From NCBI GenBank assembly GCA_012295275.1, contig CM022676.1, forward strand, positions 5,518,001 to 5,582,000: a DNA stretch of 64,000 nt, read 5' to 3'. A model generated the notes under the pieces. The model saw only the letters and a program-made list of their open reading frames with translations, was not told the DNA's origin and did no database searches. The position numbers and the translations under genes were made by a program. Positions 61,835 to 64,000 of the stretch are shown here, one piece after another. How positions within the stretch are numbered: position 1 is the first letter of the stretch; each line of letters opens with the position of its first letter. This stretch comes from Chrysomallon squamiferum. Its lineage: Eukaryota > Animalia > Mollusca.

Positions 61835-64000
61835 TTTCAATTATTTTAATATTTGCTGTTTTTGTTTTCTAACACATCAAGGTCCTTTAGAAATAGTTAC
61901 AAATGGTGAGTACTACCTTGGTAATAAATTATTCTATTGCTACATCTAAAAGGAAAAGTCATAATTTATTGTCTTCTCTGGTACACCAATACATTTGACT
62001 CTTTGACAGTTGAAAAGCATATTATTTTAGAATTAATTTAAAAACAAATGAAGTAATATGTTATAATTCAGAGAGACTGAAATGTTGTGTTCTTTTGGAG
62101 ACTCCAACCACTGAAGTCCAACTAGCATGGAATCACATCCAGTTTATGTTTTTTCTTATTAATGCAGATAAAGTAATTAAGAAAATAGGAATAATTTTAA
62201 AATCCTTCCATGATACCACATCTTTATATAATTATGTTTGTTTTATTAAGTATATCTGAAAGAATGATGCTATTATGGAAGGTATTCCGACTTGTTATTG
62301 TAGAATTTTTCAAAAAAATGCATTTATTGTACATTGGTATTTTCTAATTATTAAATTACTTAATGACAGATACATTTCAGATTAATAGGTGTCTAATGAA
62401 CTAGTGTCAGCTTCAAAATTATATGTATTATAGTTTATTTATTTATTTATTTATTTATTAGTTGTTGTTTTTTTCTTCCTTGAGGGAGAATCTTACAAAT
62501 ATTTTAAAGGAAAATAATTAGTATTCATTTAATTATTATTTTCTTCTAGACTCTGGGATCCTTAGCTGTCTGACTCCTGTCATTGGTCAGCCTTTTGTTT
62601 TGGAATACAGTAAAAACAGAGGAAATACTAATTCAACAATGATAATATTTTCACTGAATGACCAACCACAAGGCTCATGTCGTCCTTCAGAGCCATGTAG
62701 TTCCACAAAGGAATTCAATGTGACGAGACAAAACAATAAACTAGTCACTCTCGAGATTCCAGAATTTAATGAACTGTTCCATGTTGGTATTTGGATGGTT
62801 GTGGATAGCAATGAACTTTCCAATACAATAACGCTTAATGGACCATTTGCAGGTAAGTGGATTTGTTATTATATTTCATTTCTGAGATGCAGATGTTTAA
62901 ATTTTTACCAGTTCCATTCTTTACTTTGTAAAGTTTAACTTTACGTATAATTAGTGTTGTATTTTTTTTATATATATGTTTGGCCTGTGAATCTACTGGT
63001 ATCTGTTTTAAATAAGTTTCAAGCAGTTCTGCATCTTTCTGAAATGTTCAAAACAATTTTAGAATTTTGTATGTTTATACAGAAACAACATTCATAATAA
63101 TTTTCACTAAATAAGAACAGATTCTACACAGTTAAATATTGGATAAAAATAAATATCACGTTTTTGAGCACAAAATAATAGGGTAAAAAGAATGAAAGAA
63201 AAGAGAAAGAAATATAATGTGTAGTAAAATTTAATTAATAAACCCAATTTTATTGAAATAAAAATACCAAGAAAATGTTTTAATTTTCTTTCCTATTTTT
63301 TTTTTTTTTTAGTTTCTCTGTTCATTCATTAGGTTTACTAAATTTCATTTTATTTAGTTAACTTTTGTTATGTTCATATTTGAATATTCAAGTTATTAGC
63401 ACTTTATCATTAGTTTTATTAGTAGGTTAATTCACAAATGATTGTATTCTTACTGGTATTTATTAAAAGAATAATAATAATAATAATAATAGTAATAATA
63501 GTAATAATTTATATTCATGTTCATATTTGTCTGTTGTTCAAATGGTGAATAGTGTTTCTAACACATGTTTGAATACAATTGCTTAGTTATTATTTATTAT
63601 TATTATTATTTTTTTAATTTATTCATGCTTTTCCCCTTCTATCTTAGAAACAGCAGATGAAGCTAAACCATGGAAACAAACAAGAGGTAAGCCTAAGATA
63701 ATTATTTTTTAAATAGTTTTTAAAATAACCCTTTAACTTGTTTAAAACCTAAATATGTTTACCCTTTCTTTTAAATTTATATATTCTTATTATAATTACT
63801 GTTAGTATTGCTTTGAACTCTGATTTCTTACCTCATTCTAAATGTACTGTCCTTGAAGTATAAGTTTACTGTCTACAAATAAATGTGTTTCAAAGAAACT
63901 TGTTATCAATTCAATACAGACCTGCACTTTAATTAGGTTTTCACTTACAGAGATAGGAGTTCTTACCATAAATAATTTACCTGTGATTGGAGGGCCTTTT
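7291..64000 (+). CDS. Giant multi-exon secreted or cell-surface protein with >=30 atypical Ig-like domains and Thr/Pro-rich mucin-like linkers (3' incomplete)
   Basis: About 95 GT-AG exons, all phase 1. Internal exon lengths are multiples of 3 except two copies with 1-bp deletions. Repeated motif GxL..P..G.PfxLTY...F.lNG...g.CX5C....y.i.R.s...vTLEIP.F....HSG.W.V.D....SN.I.L.gPf. Confidence 0.85.
9223..9267 (+). CDS. 45-nt exon, propeptide-like (ERTKPILPRNIRSAA)
   Basis: cacattag acceptor, G|GTAAAT donor, phase 1-1, contains an R-X-X-R motif. Confidence 0.7.
9515..9814 (+). CDS. Ig-like domain exon D1
   Basis: 300 nt, ttgcag / C|GTAAGT; CYYEYPC, HSGTW. Confidence 0.9.
10130..10425 (+). pseudogene. 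Tandemly duplicated Thr-rich linker exon (10130-10183 and 10313-~10365), each copy with a splice defect
   Basis: 183-bp offset. Copy 1 has GG in place of the AG acceptor. Copy 2 has AG, but its donors give 53 or 61 nt. Confidence 0.6.
10504..10800 (+). CDS. Ig-like domain exon D2
   Basis: 297 nt; CNPIGLC, DSGIW. Confidence 0.9.
11382..11681 (+). CDS. Ig-like domain exon D3
   Basis: 300 nt; CYSTYPC, HSGIW. Confidence 0.9.
11867..13603 (+). CDS. Four Thr/Pro-rich linker exons: 11867-11920, 12441-12500, 12911-12964, 13556-13603
   Basis: 54/60/54/48 nt, AG..GT bounded, open in phase 1 (e.g. MPAPKTTTPRTTRQTPR). Confidence 0.75.
14377..14682 (+). CDS. Domain exon A1
   Basis: 306 nt; CLKGKSC, HTGFW. 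Confidence 0.9.
14947..15976 (+). CDS. Unit 1 microexons 14947-14967, 15341-15361, 15950-15976
   Basis: 21/21/27 nt (LPPLLK; RRTTTT; APMTTPEP), strong GTAAGT/GTGAGT donors, conserved in every unit. Confidence 0.8.
16501..16803 (+). CDS. Domain exon B1
   Basis: 303 nt; CARRYFC, HSGKW. Confidence 0.9.
17012..18883 (+). CDS. Unit 1 linker exons 17012-17047, 17475-17612, 18057-18119, 18836-18883
   Basis: 36/138/63/48 nt, P/T/Q-rich, phase 1-1. Confidence 0.8.
19182..19487 (+). CDS. Domain exon A2
   Basis: 306 nt copy of A. Confidence 0.9.
19778..20464 (+). CDS. Unit 2 microexons 19778-19798, 20117-20137, 20438-20464
   Basis: 21/21/27 nt copies. Confidence 0.8.
20992..21294 (+). CDS. Domain exon B2
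   Basis: 303 nt copy of B. Confidence 0.9.
21505..23581 (+). CDS. Unit 2 linker exons 21505-21540, 21762-21797 (extra duplicate), 22225-22362, 22807-22869, 23534-23581
   Basis: 36/36/138/63/48 nt. Confidence 0.8.
23880..24185 (+). CDS. Domain exon A3
   Basis: 306 nt copy of A. Confidence 0.9.
24476..25163 (+). CDS. Unit 3 microexons 24476-24496, 24816-24836, 25137-25163
   Basis: 21/21/27 nt copies. Confidence 0.8.
25691..25993 (+). CDS. Domain exon B3
   Basis: 303 nt copy of B. Confidence 0.9.
26206..28052 (+). CDS. Unit 3 linker exons 26206-26241, 26669-26806, 27254-27316, 28005-28052
   Basis: 36/138/63/48 nt. Confidence 0.8.
28351..28656 (+). CDS. Domain exon A4
   Basis: 306 nt copy of A. 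Confidence 0.9.
28947..29793 (+). CDS. Unit 4 microexons 28947-28967, 29285-29305, 29767-29793
   Basis: 21/21/27 nt copies. Confidence 0.8.
30308..30610 (+). CDS. Domain exon B4
   Basis: 303 nt copy of B. Confidence 0.9.
30817..32721 (+). CDS. Unit 4 linker exons 30817-30852, 31279-31416, 31873-31935, 32675-32721 (last one 47 nt, frameshifted)
   Basis: 36/138/63/47 nt. Confidence 0.75.
33019..33324 (+). CDS. Domain exon A5
   Basis: 306 nt copy of A. Confidence 0.9.
33615..34465 (+). CDS. Unit 5 microexons 33615-33635, 33953-33973, 34439-34465
   Basis: 21/21/27 nt copies. Confidence 0.8.
34980..35282 (+). CDS. Domain exon B5
   Basis: 303 nt copy of B. Confidence 0.9.
35484..37392 (+). CDS. 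Unit 5 linker exons 35484-35519, 35948-36084 (137 nt, frameshifted), 36543-36605, 37345-37392
   Basis: 36/137/63/48 nt. Confidence 0.75.
37690..37995 (+). CDS. Domain exon A6
   Basis: 306 nt copy of A. Confidence 0.9.
38286..39136 (+). CDS. Unit 6 microexons 38286-38306, 38624-38644, 39110-39136
   Basis: 21/21/27 nt copies. Confidence 0.8.
39653..39955 (+). CDS. Domain exon B6
   Basis: 303 nt copy of B. Confidence 0.9.
40162..42053 (+). CDS. Unit 6 linker exons 40162-40197, 40624-40761, 41220-41282, 42006-42053
   Basis: 36/138/63/48 nt. Confidence 0.8.
42351..42656 (+). CDS. Domain exon A7
   Basis: 306 nt; CLKGMSC. Confidence 0.9.
43064..43850 (+). CDS. Diverged microexons 43064-43084, 43499-43522, 43824-43850
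   Basis: 21/24/27 nt homologues of the array microexons, set in diverged introns. Confidence 0.75.
43606..43760. mobile_element. Possible degenerate DNA-transposon/MITE fragment
   Basis: agtagaaactggcaaaaccggtccc start and a tandem aataaactgaatcctct x2, reminiscent of pogo/Tc1-type MITE ends. No second TIR found. Confidence 0.25.
44215..44517 (+). CDS. Domain exon B7 (diverged B)
   Basis: 303 nt; CAPKYFC; weak A|GTGAAG donor. Confidence 0.8.
44780..45759 (+). CDS. Linker exons 44780-44815, 45685-45759
   Basis: 36/75 nt (IPPPPPLPTQP; TRTQIPVATQPTQWPSEEATKQTS). Confidence 0.75.
46402..46698 (+). CDS. Domain exon C1
   Basis: 297 nt; CSPNLTC, HSGIW (not in the ORF track). Confidence 0.9.
47613..47678 (+). 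CDS. Linker exon
   Basis: 66 nt, TETPKPSSTEAEKQPKDGQPS. Confidence 0.75.
48062..48346 (+). CDS. Domain exon C2
   Basis: 285 nt; CKPNLPC, HGGTW. Confidence 0.9.
49382..49420 (+). CDS. Linker exon
   Basis: 39 nt, SIETTTEPTQPT. Confidence 0.75.
49758..50045 (+). CDS. Domain exon C3
   Basis: 288 nt; CIPLSAC, HSGTW. Confidence 0.9.
51387..52211 (+). CDS. Linker exons 51387-51449, 52110-52211
   Basis: 63/102 nt, S/T/P-rich, phase 1-1. Confidence 0.75.
52512..52811 (+). CDS. Domain exon, D1-like
   Basis: 300 nt; CSFEHPC, HSGTW (not in the ORF track). Confidence 0.9.
53576..53614 (+). CDS. Linker exon
   Basis: 39 nt, WIEMSIDGLIER, AG|GTAAGT donor. Confidence 0.6.
54076..54372 (+). CDS. Domain exon, D2-like
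   Basis: 297 nt; CVPDKLC. Confidence 0.9.
54930..55229 (+). CDS. Domain exon, D3-like
   Basis: 300 nt; CYKTYPC. Confidence 0.9.
55532..56512 (+). CDS. Linker exons 55532-55576, 56480-56512
   Basis: 45/33 nt, phase 1-1. Confidence 0.7.
57018..57317 (+). CDS. Domain exon, D1-like
   Basis: 300 nt; CYFAHPC. Confidence 0.9.
57837..57869 (+). CDS. Linker exon
   Basis: 33 nt, EGQTVPPEQR. Confidence 0.75.
58618..58914 (+). CDS. Domain exon (D2-like length)
   Basis: 297 nt; CYPGYPC, HAGTW. Confidence 0.9.
58975..59197. repeat. (TTTA)n/(TTTTA)n low-complexity tract
   Basis: Read directly. Similar (ATT)n/(TA)n tracts occur at 968-1010, 2370-2413, 6238-6303, 6740-6783, 7905-7992, 8795-8840, 51561-51604, 52245-52507 and 58285-58370. 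Confidence 0.9.
59421..59720 (+). CDS. Domain exon
   Basis: 300 nt; CMSRSPC, HKGSW. Confidence 0.9.
59946..60245 (+). CDS. Domain exon
   Basis: 300 nt; CYPRFQC, HAGLW (not in the ORF track). Confidence 0.9.
60841..60882 (+). CDS. Linker exon
   Basis: 42 nt, TKPKETIGRPHSQ. Confidence 0.75.
61013..61315 (+). CDS. Domain exon
   Basis: 303 nt; CDPEQDC, HKGKW. Confidence 0.9.
61786..61831 (+). repeat. (TG)~23 microsatellite
   Basis: Read directly from the sequence. Confidence 0.95.
61882..61905 (+). CDS. Microexon (24 nt, or 15 nt from an alternative acceptor at 61891)
   Basis: PLEIVTN, G|GTGAGT donor; both acceptors are in frame. Confidence 0.55.
62550..62852 (+). CDS. Domain exon
   Basis: 303 nt; CRPSEPC, HVGIW. 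Confidence 0.9.
63648..63686 (+). CDS. Linker exon
   Basis: 39 nt, TADEAKPWKQTR. Confidence 0.75.
63951..64000 (+). CDS. Start of a further domain exon (cut by the window edge)
   Basis: cttacag acceptor, then EIGVLTINNLPVIGGPF, the family N-terminal motif. Confidence 0.8.

Noticed and set aside
9601-62823. Minus-strand ORFs overlapping domain exons (e.g. 16556-16762 and its copies, 10556-10840, 46382-46567, 62587-62823)
   Set aside because: They are antisense shadows of real plus-strand exons and recur only because the exons are duplicated.
1-64000. CRISPR arrays, rRNA, tRNA or prokaryotic operons
   Set aside because: None recognisable; the sequence is spliceosomal-intron eukaryotic DNA.

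Overview
AT-rich, intron-containing animal genomic DNA, dense in (ATT)n/(TA)n/(TG)n microsatellites. A mollusc or cephalopod source is only a guess from the sequence style. Positions 1-6495 carry the last coding exon and 3' region of RNA polymerase subunit RPB8/POLR2H in two tandem copies about 3.89 kb apart. From about 7291 to beyond the window end there is one giant plus-strand gene. I traced about 95 exons by hand and every junction is phase 1. They comprise a signal-peptide exon, a propeptide-like exon, 29 complete plus 1 partial ~100-aa domain exons, and about 64 short Thr/Pro-rich linker exons (21-138 nt), about 4000 aa in the window. The repeated domain looks like an Ig fold that has lost the canonical Cys-Cys/Trp core and carries an invariant CX5C around a hypervariable loop. 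The middle of the gene (14.4-42.7 kb) is a young tandem array of ~4.5-4.8 kb units, each encoding 321 aa. Domain A copies 2-7 differ only at non-synonymous codons, and the amplified domain B has gained a basic patch. A perfect 31-bp intronic inverted repeat brackets an in-frame block of five exons. No C-terminus or transmembrane segment is visible. All exon calls come from manual reading, with no transcript evidence.
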